NCBI GenBank assembly: GCA_017608235.1
Contig: JAFCGI010000002.1
Coordinates: 44,425 to 108,424, forward strand
From: Candidatus Pacearchaeota archaeon
Lineage (GTDB): Archaea > Nanobdellota > Nanobdellia > UBA10117 > JAFCGI01
Direction: 5' to 3'
DNA: 64,000 bases
Under the pieces are notes generated by a model. The model did not search any database. It was not told where the DNA came from and saw nothing but the letters and a program-made list of their open reading frames with translations. This document shows positions 25,950-34,919 of this stretch, piece after piece. The position numbers were made by a program, and so were the translations under genes. Position 1 is the stretch's first letter. The number at the start of each line of letters is the position of its first letter.

Positions 25950-26135
25950 ATGAAATGTTCATTTTGTTCTAAAGAACTTAAAGAAGGCACCGGCAAGCTA
26001 TATATTAGAAAATCTGGAAAAATCAGCTATTTCTGCTCATCTAAGTGCGAAAAAAACATGCTTAAACTCAAGAGAAAACCAGTAAAACTCAAGTGGACCA
26101 AAGAAAAAAAGCAAAATCTGAGAAAAAATAATTAA
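25950..26135 (+). CDS. rpl24e: Ribosomal protein L24e
   Basis: MKCSFCSKELKEGTGKLYIRKSGKISYFCSSKCEKN; it completes the conserved L7Ae-S28e-L24e operon order. Confidence 0.85.
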   Translation: MKCSFCSKELKEGTGKLYIRKSGKISYFCSSKCEKNMLKLKRKPVKLKWTKEKKQNLRKNN

Positions 26136-26201
26136 AAATAATTATTTCTAAATTAAAACAATCCTTTATATATACTTATACTCTTAAATTTTTAGTAGGA
26201 G

Positions 26202-26549
26202 GTGGCTAAAATCAAGCCTTTACTACCAACCTTAAAAGAACGAAAACGTTATATACTCTTTAAAATATATACAGATTCAGAGATCGAGAAAGAAAAAGTA
26301 TCGAGATGCGTTGCGAAGGCGTGTCTGCAATTTCTCGGGGAATTAAATATGGCAAAATCAGGAATACAATTTTTACCTGAAACATTAAATAAAACAGAAA
26401 AAACAGGTATAATAAGAACAAATAACAAATATTTAGACCAAGTAAAAGCAGCTCTGACTCTAATAAAAGACATAGAAGGCAAAAAAACTAGCTTCTCAAC
26501 TATTAAAGTATCAGGATCTCTTGATAAACTAAAAAAAATTCATAATTGA
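26202..26549 (+). CDS. rnp2: RNase P protein component 2 (Pop5)
   Basis: LLPTLKERKRYILFKI...ACLQFLGELNMAKSG...TGIIRTNNKY...IKVSGSLDKLKK aligns with my recollection of P. horikoshii Pop5. The only start is a GTG embedded in GGAGGTG. Confidence 0.8.
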   Translation: MAKIKPLLPTLKERKRYILFKIYTDSEIEKEKVSRCVAKACLQFLGELNMAKSGIQFLPETLNKTEKTGIIRTNNKYLDQVKAALTLIKDIEGKKTSFSTIKVSGSLDKLKKIHN

Positions 26550-26559
26550 GGTGAAAAAA

Positions 26560-27249
26560 ATGGTACAAATGCTTCCACAACAAGTAATGGGTTATGACCG
26601 TGCTATTACAATGTTTAGCCCAGATGGTAGATTATTACAAGTAGAATATGCAAAAAAGGCAGTAAGCCTAGGCTCAATGGCTCTAGGAATTACATGCAAA
26701 GATGGCGTAGTATTAATGGCTGATAAAAGAATAACTGAAAACCTTATCATAAAAGAATCAGTTAAGAAAATATTCATAATAGATAAACAAATCATAGCAA
26801 CAGCTGCAGGGTATATATCTGATGCAAGAGTGCTTGTTAAAAGATGTAGATTATTTGCTCAACAACATAAACTAACTTATGGAGAAAAAATTGATGTTGA
26901 AGGAATAATCAAATATATTTCTGATATGGAACAAGCCTATACTCAATATGGAGGAATACGTCCATTTGGAATATCCTTCTTAATGGGTGGTATTGACAAG
27001 AAAGGATCACAGCTCTTCTTAACAGAACCTTCAGGAATATACTTCAAATACAAAGCAAAAGCTATAGGAATAGGTTCTTCAGATGCAAATAAAATGCTTG
27101 AAGAAAAATATGATCCTAATATAACTACAGAACAAGGACTCAAATTAGCTAAAGACATATTCAAAAAGATACTTGGAAAGAAATACAAAAGTGATAGAAT
27201 AGAAGCATCAATAGTAACAAAAAGTGGTGTTAAAGTAATAAGCGAATAA
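26560..27249 (+). CDS. psmA: Proteasome subunit alpha
   Basis: YDRAITMFSPDGRLLQVEYA signature; the ATG lies 6 nt after GAGGTGA (the track ORF starts at an upstream GTG). Confidence 0.9.
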   Translation: MVQMLPQQVMGYDRAITMFSPDGRLLQVEYAKKAVSLGSMALGITCKDGVVLMADKRITENLIIKESVKKIFIIDKQIIATAAGYISDARVLVKRCRLFAQQHKLTYGEKIDVEGIIKYISDMEQAYTQYGGIRPFGISFLMGGIDKKGSQLFLTEPSGIYFKYKAKAIGIGSSDANKMLEEKYDPNITTEQGLKLAKDIFKKILGKKYKSDRIEASIVTKSGVKVISE

Positions 27250-27250
27250 A

Positions 27251-27970
27251 ATGACTCACCCACAACAAATATATGATAGAGAAAAAGTATCATTCAATCT
27301 GGCTAGATTAAAAAAAGCTGGTGAAACTTTCGAAATTATACTAAAAGATCCAGACTTAGCAATCTCATTAAAACAAGGCTCACCAGAAGATATCAGAAAT
27401 ATTCTTGAATCTGAACAAATTTTCAAAGATGCTAAAAAAGGAGAACTAGCATCTGAAACAAAGCTAAAAGAAATTTTTAAAACAGATGATACTTTAGAAA
27501 TAGCAAAAATAATAATAGAAACTGGAGAAATAAATCTCACAACAGAATATAGAAAAAAAGTACAAGAAAATAAAAAGAAAAAAATAATCGAATACATACA
27601 TAAAAATGCAATAGATTCTAAAACAAAATTACCTCATCCAATCTCAAGAATAGAACTGGCAATGGATGAAGCAAAAGTGCATATAGATCCTTTTAGATCA
27701 ATAAAAGTTCAAAGAGAAGAAATAATTCAAAAACTAAAATCCATACTTCCTTTAAGCTTTGATAAACTTAAAATCAAAGTTACAATACCTGCTAGATATG
27801 CAAGTCATGCTTATGGAATTCTAAAAGGAAAATATGAAATCTTAAATGAAAAATGGGAAAATGATGGATCAATAACCTTTTTACTAGAATCTGCTGCAGG
27901 ACTAAAAGAAGAAATATTCAATATTATAAACAAACTAACTAATGGCGAAGCCAATATAGTAGAAAAATAG
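27251..27970 (+). CDS. SBDS-family ribosome maturation protein (Sdo1)
   Basis: N-terminal FYSH-domain pattern ARLKKAGETFEIILKDPDLA; position between psmA and rrp4 as in the archaeal exosome superoperon. Confidence 0.85.
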   Translation: MTHPQQIYDREKVSFNLARLKKAGETFEIILKDPDLAISLKQGSPEDIRNILESEQIFKDAKKGELASETKLKEIFKTDDTLEIAKIIIETGEINLTTEYRKKVQENKKKKIIEYIHKNAIDSKTKLPHPISRIELAMDEAKVHIDPFRSIKVQREEIIQKLKSILPLSFDKLKIKVTIPARYASHAYGILKGKYEILNEKWENDGSITFLLESAAGLKEEIFNIINKLTNGEANIVEK

Positions 27971-27981
27971 AGGTGAACTAA

Positions 27982-28683
27982 ATGGATAAAATATATGTTA
28001 AAGACAGAGATATAGTTGTACCTGGCGATCTTCTCGCTGAAGGCCTAAATTATCTTCCATCAGGAAAAGCATTTAGAGAGAATGAAAAAATATTCGCTTC
28101 AACTATCGGTCTAATAAATATTAAAGGCAGGGTAATAAAAGTAATTCCTCTTGCAGGAAAATACATGCCTAAAAAAGATGATATTGTAGTTGGAAGAGTC
28201 ATCGGAATTAGCCATCATGGATGGCAAATAGATATAAATAGCGCATATAATGCAGATTTAAATGTAGGCGAAGGTGTTTCTGAATATATTGACTTAAACA
28301 AAACAAATCTAAGCAAATATTTTGATATCGGAGATTATATGCTGGCAGGAATAATCAACATAAGCGAATCAAAATTCGTAAAACTTACTGCAAAAAATCG
28401 TCCATATAAAAAACTAGCTGGTGGAAATATAATAGAAGTTTCACCAACTAAGATTCCAAGAATTATAGGAAAACAAGGAAGTATGATAAAGATGTTAAAA
28501 GAAGAATCTGGATGTAATGTTGCAGTAGGCCAAAATGGTTGGATCTGGATAAAAGGTATACCAGAAAATGAAGCAATAGTTGCAAGAATAATTAAAACTA
28601 TTGAAGCTGAATCCCATACAACAGGATTAACAGATAAAATAAAAGAAACTCTAAAAAAAGAAATCAAAAGAGGTGGTAAATAA
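27982..28683 (+). CDS. rrp4: Exosome complex RNA-binding protein Rrp4 (S1 + KH)
   Basis: VVPGDLLAEG N-terminal domain, an S1 barrel, and KH (IPRIIGKQGSMIKMLKEESGCNVAVGQNGWIWI). Confidence 0.85.
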   Translation: MDKIYVKDRDIVVPGDLLAEGLNYLPSGKAFRENEKIFASTIGLINIKGRVIKVIPLAGKYMPKKDDIVVGRVIGISHHGWQIDINSAYNADLNVGEGVSEYIDLNKTNLSKYFDIGDYMLAGIINISESKFVKLTAKNRPYKKLAGGNIIEVSPTKIPRIIGKQGSMIKMLKEESGCNVAVGQNGWIWIKGIPENEAIVARIIKTIEAESHTTGLTDKIKETLKKEIKRGGK

Positions 28684-29417
28684 TGGGAGGCACAAGTACA
28701 GAAAAACTAGTAATTAAAAACAAAAGACTTGATGGTAGAAAACTTAATGAAATGAGAAAACTATCTATCAAAGCAGGAATAATACCTAATGCTGACGGAT
28801 CCGCAGAACTTGCGCTTGGCGAAACAAAAGTAATCGCTGCAGTATATGGACCTAGAGAAGTACTTCCAAAACATCTACAAAAACAAGACAGAGCATATCT
28901 TGAATGTATATATGATATGGCAAGTTTTTCAACCCCAGAAAGAAACCGGCCAGGTCCATCAAGAAGAAGTGTAGAAATATCCAAAGTTATAACAGAAGGT
29001 TTAGCACCAGCAATCTTTCTAGAAAAGTATCCAAAAACAAAAATAGATATTTACTTAGAAATAACTAATGCTAACGCAGGTACAAGATGTGCAGCAATGA
29101 CAGCTGCTGCAGTAGCGCTAGCTGATGCTGGAATCGAAATGAGAGATTTAGTAGCATCTATTGCTTCTGGAAAAGTAGACGGGCAACTAGCTCTAGATCT
29201 AGCTCAAAAAGAAGATAATTTCGGTGAAGCTGATGTGCCTATCGCAGTAATGCCTAGAACAAAAGAAATAACCTTACTTCAAATGGATGGCGACCTAACA
29301 AAAGAAGAACTACAAAAAATAATACAAATGAATCTAAAAGCTTGCGATGAAATTTACAAAGTTCAAAAACAAGCATTAAAAAACAGCTATAAGGGGGCAA
29401 GTAAAAATGGGGAATAA
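28683..29417 (+). CDS. rrp41: Exosome complex exonuclease Rrp41 (RNase PH fold)
   Basis: RLDGRKLNEMR...ADGSAELALGETKVIAAVYGPRE...ANAGTRCAAMTAAAVALADAGIEMRD. Confidence 0.9.
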   Translation: MGGTSTEKLVIKNKRLDGRKLNEMRKLSIKAGIIPNADGSAELALGETKVIAAVYGPREVLPKHLQKQDRAYLECIYDMASFSTPERNRPGPSRRSVEISKVITEGLAPAIFLEKYPKTKIDIYLEITNANAGTRCAAMTAAAVALADAGIEMRDLVASIASGKVDGQLALDLAQKEDNFGEADVPIAVMPRTKEITLLQMDGDLTKEELQKIIQMNLKACDEIYKVQKQALKNSYKGASKNGE

Positions 29418-30189
29418 AGTAATTAAAAAATATCTCACTGAACTGTTATCCAAAGACAAAAGAGAAGATGGTAGAACACTAGACAGCTACAGAGATATAA
29501 AAATTGAAGTTAATCCAATAATAAGAGCTAACGGCTCTGCGAAAGTAACTATCGGCAAAACTGAAGTTCTAGTAGGAGTCAAATTAGATGTTGGAGAACC
29601 ATTCCCTGATACCCCAAATCAAGGAGTCCTAATATCAAATGCAGAACTGCTGCCTCTAGCATCTCCCAAATTCGAATCAGGACCACCAAGACCTCCAGCA
29701 ATAGAATTAGCAAGGGTTGTAGACAGGGGAATAAGAGAATCCAAGATGATTGACTTAGAAAAGTTATGCATCAAAGAAAAAGAAAAAGTATGGATGGTTT
29801 TCATAGACATATATCCATTAAATGATGATGGAAATTTATTTGATGCATCTGCACTAGGTGCTCTAATAGCTCTAAAAAATGCAAAAATGCCTAAATATGA
29901 TGAAAAAGAAGAAAAAGTAATTTATGAAGAGCTAACAAAAGAGTATCTTCCATTAACAGAAGAACCAGTATTATGCACATTTTATAAAATAGGATCTTCA
30001 ATATTCCTAGATGCAAACAAAAAAGAAGAAAACGAAATAGACTGTAGAATATCAATTGCAGTAACCAAAAAGAATACTATTGCTGCTATGCAAAAAGGCG
30101 AATTTGGAACTTTTACAGAAAAAGAGATAAATAGCCTAATAGAGAAAGCAATTCAAAAAAGCAAAGAATTAAGAAAATTTATAAAGTAG
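29407..30189 (+). CDS. rrp42: Exosome complex component Rrp42
   Basis: REDGRTLDSYRDIKIE...ANGSAKVTIGKTEVLVGVK; an RNase PH-like second subunit that overlaps rrp41. Confidence 0.85.
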   Translation: MGNKVIKKYLTELLSKDKREDGRTLDSYRDIKIEVNPIIRANGSAKVTIGKTEVLVGVKLDVGEPFPDTPNQGVLISNAELLPLASPKFESGPPRPPAIELARVVDRGIRESKMIDLEKLCIKEKEKVWMVFIDIYPLNDDGNLFDASALGALIALKNAKMPKYDEKEEKVIYEELTKEYLPLTEEPVLCTFYKIGSSIFLDANKKEENEIDCRISIAVTKKNTIAAMQKGEFGTFTEKEINSLIEKAIQKSKELRKFIK

Positions 30190-30214
30190 AAAAATCCAAA
30201 ATTCACTAAGAAAA

Positions 30215-30421
30215 ATGCAATACACAAAATATGAAGTAGCAAGAATTATTGGTGCTAGAGCACTACAATTAGCAATGGGAGCACCATTCTTGATAGAAAA
30301 ACCCAAAGAACAATTTGATACAATACAGTTAGCAAAAACAGAATTTGAAATAGGTGTTCTTCCTATAACAATAAAACGCCCTAAACCAGAAAAACTAGAA
30401 TTCAAAGAGGAAGAAGACTAA
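30215..30421 (+). CDS. rpoK: DNA-directed RNA polymerase subunit K (Rpo6)
   Basis: TKYEVARIIGARALQLAMGAP signature. Confidence 0.85.
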   Translation: MQYTKYEVARIIGARALQLAMGAPFLIEKPKEQFDTIQLAKTEFEIGVLPITIKRPKPEKLEFKEEED

Positions 30422-30521
30422 TTTTTATTTTCTTTATCAATTAATTCAGCTTTACCAGATTTAATTCAGTATTAAACACTAGTAGCTAACTTATATAAAT
30501 CTCAAAAAACTAATAATTATT

Positions 30522-31694
30522 ATGCAAATAAAGGATATAAAGGCAATAAAAGTTTTAAACTCCCGCGCCCAAGAAACAATTGCAGTTAGAGTTAAGACTC
30601 GCAGAGAAACTGCATGGGGCTCTGCACCAAGTGGAGCTAGCACAGGTAAATTTGAAACTCCTTCCTACAAAAAAAATCTAAACTATGCTATAAAATTCAT
30701 TAACTCTCAAGCAAAAAAACTTAAAGTAAGTTTTAATCACTTTTCAGATTTAGGAGATATAGAAAAAATAATAAAACCCAAATCTGCTGGGGGAAACCCT
30801 TTAATCGCTCTAGAATTCTCAATATTAAATCTTTGGGCTAAAGAAAATAAAACAGCATTATGGCAGCTTATCAATGATAAAGCTAAAGGTATGCCCAAGC
30901 CTCTTGCTAATGTAATTGGCGGAGGAGCACATGCAGGTCCAAATGCCCCAGACATTCAAGAAATATTAATCTGCCCAAAAAGAAACAAATTCAAGGAAGC
31001 TGCACTAATAAATGCTGAAATTCATAGAAAACTAAAAGACATACTAAAAGAAAAAGATTTAGAATTCAAAGGTGGAAAAACAGATGAAGGTGCCTGGATT
31101 ACAAGCTTATCATGTATAGAAATATTTGAACTAATGAAAGATCTAGCAAAAAAGTACAAAGTAGACCTTGGTATGGATCTTGCAGCTTCACAACTATTCA
31201 AATCTAGATATTCTTGGAAAAACTACTCCAGATATAAACAAAAAATGATGATTGGCAGAGACAAACAAATCAAAATAATTCTAGACCTAATAAAACAATT
31301 CAAATTATTCTATGTAGAAGATCCTCTAAATGAACAAGATTTTGTTGGTTTTGCAGAATTAACAAGAAAGGCTCCAAATACTTTAATTTGCGCAGATGAT
31401 CTTTATGTAACAAATCTAAAAAGAACAAAAATAGGCCAACAGATACGTGCAGCAAATGCAATGATAATAAAACCAAATCAAATCGGCTCTCTACTCAAAA
31501 CCAAAGAAGTATTTGATTTCGCTAAGGAGCATAATATTAAACCAATAATCAGTCACCGCTCTGGAGAAACCCTTGACACCATAATAAGTCATTTAGCAAA
31601 AGCTTGGGAAGCACCATATGCAAAGATTGGAGCTGCAGGCGGAGAAAGAATTGCTAAGATAAATGAATTAATAAAAATTGAATTCTCTGACTAA
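30522..31694 (+). CDS. eno: Enolase (short, divergent)
   Basis: IKAIKVLNSRAQETIAVRV N-terminus, KPNQIGSL and ISHRSGETLDT motifs; the conserved rpoK-eno-rps2 order. Confidence 0.85.
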   Translation: MQIKDIKAIKVLNSRAQETIAVRVKTRRETAWGSAPSGASTGKFETPSYKKNLNYAIKFINSQAKKLKVSFNHFSDLGDIEKIIKPKSAGGNPLIALEFSILNLWAKENKTALWQLINDKAKGMPKPLANVIGGGAHAGPNAPDIQEILICPKRNKFKEAALINAEIHRKLKDILKEKDLEFKGGKTDEGAWITSLSCIEIFELMKDLAKKYKVDLGMDLAASQLFKSRYSWKNYSRYKQKMMIGRDKQIKIILDLIKQFKLFYVEDPLNEQDFVGFAELTRKAPNTLICADDLYVTNLKRTKIGQQIRAANAMIIKPNQIGSLLKTKEVFDFAKEHNIKPIISHRSGETLDTIISHLAKAWEAPYAKIGAAGGERIAKINELIKIEFSD

Positions 31695-31740
31695 TTTTGA
31701 AAAACAAAATATTTAAATACCGTCTTCAAAAGATAAAACT

Positions 31741-32340
31741 ATGGCAGAAGAAGACTTGTTAGTACCACTAGAACAATATCTAGCTGCAGGTATACATATC
31801 GGAACTAAATTCAAAACAAAGAGCATGGGTCCATTTATATACAAAATAAATGCTAATGGACTAGCAATCTTAAATGTTCAAAAAATCGATGAAAGGCTAA
31901 GAATAGCTGCAAAGTTACTAGCAAAATATGATCCTAAAGAAATTCTAGTAATAAGCAGACGTGAAAATGGCTGGAAACCAACAAAACAATTTGCAAAACT
32001 AACAGGTGTAAATTACTATACTGGAAGATATCCTGCAGGTACTATGACAAACATCAAATTAGAAAATTTCATAGAACCAAAAATAATTCTTGTTACAGAT
32101 CCATGGCCAGATAAAAACGCAATACATGATTCTGTACTAATGGGAATTCCTGTCATAGGATTTTGTGATTCTAATAATACTACAAACAATGTTGATCTAG
32201 TGATTCCATGCAATAACAAAGGTGCAAAATCTCTAGCTTTAGTATTCTGGATTCTAGCCAACGAATACATGAAAGAAAGAGGTTTATTGGATAGAGATAA
32301 ACAAATTGATATTTCTTTAGATGATTTCTCTGAACAATAA
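31741..32340 (+). CDS. rps2: Ribosomal protein S2 (uS2)
   Basis: LLAAGIHIGTK, VTDPWPDKNAIHDSVLMGIPVIGFCDSNN. Confidence 0.9.
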   Translation: MAEEDLLVPLEQYLAAGIHIGTKFKTKSMGPFIYKINANGLAILNVQKIDERLRIAAKLLAKYDPKEILVISRRENGWKPTKQFAKLTGVNYYTGRYPAGTMTNIKLENFIEPKIILVTDPWPDKNAIHDSVLMGIPVIGFCDSNNTTNNVDLVIPCNNKGAKSLALVFWILANEYMKERGLLDRDKQIDISLDDFSEQ

Positions 32341-32368
32341 GAAACAATAAGGAATTTCCTATATAATT

Positions 32369-33217
32369 TTAGAACAACAATAAAGCAATTATTAATCCTA
32401 TCATAGAAAACAAAGCAATTGGAGGCAATGCTGGAATTGGTTCTTTAGTTTTTATAATTATATAATAATCAAATAACAATCCTACAAAAGCTCCTGCTAT
32501 AATAAATAAAGAACTAAATATACTATGCTGTAAAGCAGATACTGCAAAAATAATTGGAAAAGTTATATCCCCAGTTCCCAACATAAAGAACTTAGCTCCA
32601 GACTTTTTTCTTTTTCCTTTTTTCTTTTGATACTTAATCTGAGATGCTGTTAAATCTTTAAGTCTCTCTGGAACCACTAAACTCAAAATCACTCCTTTTT
32701 CCATCATTTTGTTAAACATAGTTAACATATGTTTTGTTTTGTATACGGCAATAATATCATAGTAAGATAAAGCAACCAACAAAAATAACACAACTGGAAC
32801 ACTAAACATCAATCCCAAACTAGCTCCAATGCCTGCCACAGTTAATGATATCGCTAAATTCTGTGTTATTATACTTGGTTTTAGATATCTAATTAATACT
32901 ATAAAAATAGCTAAAGCAGTTGCTAAGCCTATAGGAAAATATGCACTAAATACTGTTTGTGTCCCAATAAATATCGCAAATGCAAAGAATAAATGTATAA
33001 ACTTACCTTGCATTATATTAAGAAATAAGAAAATTAAAACAATAGCAATAGCAAACGCAACAAAGAAGCTAATCAAAGAAGTACCTGGTTCTATATACTC
33101 AACCAGTCCTTGATTAAATAATCTATGTCCTACTAAAAGACCTAAGAACTGAGTCATCAAAAATATTAATGCTGTAATTATAAATGCATTCCAAGGCACT
33201 CCCTCCTTCTTAGCCAT
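32369..33217 (-). CDS. Presenilin/signal-peptide-peptidase-like GxGD intramembrane aspartyl protease (A22 family)
   Basis: A polytopic protein with all three signatures in order: YD (LSYYDIIAVY), GxGD (MLGTGDITFP) and PAL (PIPALPPI). Confidence 0.75.
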   Translation of the reverse strand: MAKKEGVPWNAFIITALIFLMTQFLGLLVGHRLFNQGLVEYIEPGTSLISFFVAFAIAIVLIFLFLNIMQGKFIHLFFAFAIFIGTQTVFSAYFPIGLATALAIFIVLIRYLKPSIITQNLAISLTVAGIGASLGLMFSVPVVLFLLVALSYYDIIAVYKTKHMLTMFNKMMEKGVILSLVVPERLKDLTASQIKYQKKKGKRKKSGAKFFMLGTGDITFPIIFAVSALQHSIFSSLFIIAGAFVGLLFDYYIIIKTKEPIPALPPIALFSMIGLIIALLLF

Positions 33218-33295
33218 AGAACATAATTTATAGTTTCTAGAATATAAACCTTTGTTTTAAGAAAACTTAAAAATATTAACTACTTAATATATTAC

Positions 33296-33880
33296 ATGGT
33301 TGAAGTAACAGAAATAACCTTTGGATTAATAAATGGATTTAAAGCAATTTTCACGGCCCCATTTAAAGATATCAACATTTTATGGCTTCTAATACCAATC
33401 CTAGGAATCTGGATCTTCTTAGAAATAACATATTTCTATAAAAAAGAAGAATTAGGCTGGAATAACATTCTAATAAACGGCTTATCCCTATTCTGGATAG
33501 GAGTATTCCTTACCCAATATTTAAGTCAATCTGAATTATCAATAAAACTACTGGTTCCTATTTTATTTATTATATATGGACTTGGAATAACAATATTTGC
33601 AATAAAACAAGAACTGCCAGAAAAAATAACCATGCTTTTAACATCTCCAACAGCAACATACTATTTTGCAAGCATAATAACTCTTTGGACATATAATGCA
33701 TTAAAAATAAACATCTGGGTTTTTATAGACATCATGATTCTTCTTCCAGTAGTGCTAGGAATATTCTTCCTAATAAAGAAAGTACTTCCTGCTGGGGGCG
33801 GAGGAGATATGGGAACTATAGGAAGTATAGAAAAAGAACCAAGCCCACCTTCAGAAGACCTAAAAGACATGAAACTATGA
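33296..33880 (+). CDS. Hypothetical polytopic membrane protein
   Basis: 194 aa with about 5 hydrophobic segments and a G/P/S-rich C-terminal tail. Confidence 0.4.
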   Translation: MVEVTEITFGLINGFKAIFTAPFKDINILWLLIPILGIWIFLEITYFYKKEELGWNNILINGLSLFWIGVFLTQYLSQSELSIKLLVPILFIIYGLGITIFAIKQELPEKITMLLTSPTATYYFASIITLWTYNALKINIWVFIDIMILLPVVLGIFFLIKKVLPAGGGGDMGTIGSIEKEPSPPSEDLKDMKL

Positions 33881-34233
33881 AGATTCTAAATAACAACATA
33901 ATTTTAGCAAACGATATTATTCTATGCAAATCCACACCTTCTAAGATGAAAGGATTAATGTTCCACAAAAAGTTAAAAAATAATCAATGTTTAGTCTTAA
34001 AAAACAATAAAGATTCTTTATATCTATCCACTATTCATACTTTCTTTGTATTTTTCCCATTAGATGTTATTTGGCTAGATTCCAAAAATAAAGTAGTAGA
34101 CATCAAAAAAAATATTCCACCATTTAGCTCAACAATATATCCAAAAAAGCCTGCCTCAATGATACTAGAATTTAGAGCAGGAACAATAAAAAATCAAGTA
34201 AAAACTAATGACAGATTAAAAATAAATTTCTAG
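33877..34233 (+). CDS. DUF192-family protein
   Basis: KMKGLMFHKKL...CLVL....FPLDVIWLDSKNKVVDI...ASMILEFRAGT follows the DUF192 pattern; it overlaps the upstream gene by 4 nt. Confidence 0.55.
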   Translation: MKILNNNIILANDIILCKSTPSKMKGLMFHKKLKNNQCLVLKNNKDSLYLSTIHTFFVFFPLDVIWLDSKNKVVDIKKNIPPFSSTIYPKKPASMILEFRAGTIKNQVKTNDRLKINF

Positions 34234-34271
34234 ATTCAAATAATTTATAAATGTCCTTTTTAATATAATAT

Positions 34272-34496
34272 ATGATTAAAATGGTAGAAAAAGAACCAAG
34301 TAAAGACGAACAAATAGGATTTCATAAAGGAGCAATGAGTACTCTAATAAAAGAGAGACAAGAAATGACAAAAATAATAGGAATTGTAGACTCCCTAATA
34401 AAAATGCATTATGATGCTCTAAAAAAGCTTGGAGTAGACTTAGGAAAAATAGAAAAAGATGCTAAAGACATCAAAGGACTAGAAGAAAACTTATGA
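34272..34496 (+). CDS. Hypothetical small helical protein
   Basis: 74-aa ORF that overlaps the next gene by 4 nt. Confidence 0.35.
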   Translation: MIKMVEKEPSKDEQIGFHKGAMSTLIKERQEMTKIIGIVDSLIKMHYDALKKLGVDLGKIEKDAKDIKGLEENL

Positions 34497-34918
34497 AAGA
34501 AAAAAAAGAGATACTTAAATTAGGATTCATTTTAGAAGATAATAATGAACCTTTTAGCACAATAAATAGAATTCTAAAAAACCTAGAAATAAATGAAAAA
34601 GTAAACCTAAGAATAAATGCACCTCATTTCTCAAATATGAGCGCAGAAATTTCTGAATCCATAAAAAAATTCATAAAAAAACAAGGTTATGATGCTTTAA
34701 TTGACGGACAAACCTTAAATTTAAATCCAGACAACATAAAGAACGCAATCTTTGAATTCGAAGAAATATCAAAAGAAAAAGTTTCTTTTTTTACTCTTTT
34801 TCTATTAAACAAAGGTATAGAAATAAACATAAACATTCCCAGCAAATTCTTTGAAGTAATTGGATCTTCTTTATTTATTAATAAACTAAAAAATCTAAGC
34901 ATGGAAAATAGGAATTAA
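34493..34918 (+). CDS. Hypothetical protein
   Basis: 141-aa ORF in tight series with the RNase J gene (the next gene starts 2 nt after its stop). Confidence 0.4.
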   Translation: MKEKKEILKLGFILEDNNEPFSTINRILKNLEINEKVNLRINAPHFSNMSAEISESIKKFIKKQGYDALIDGQTLNLNPDNIKNAIFEFEEISKEKVSFFTLFLLNKGIEININIPSKFFEVIGSSLFINKLKNLSMENRN

Positions 34919-34919
34919 A

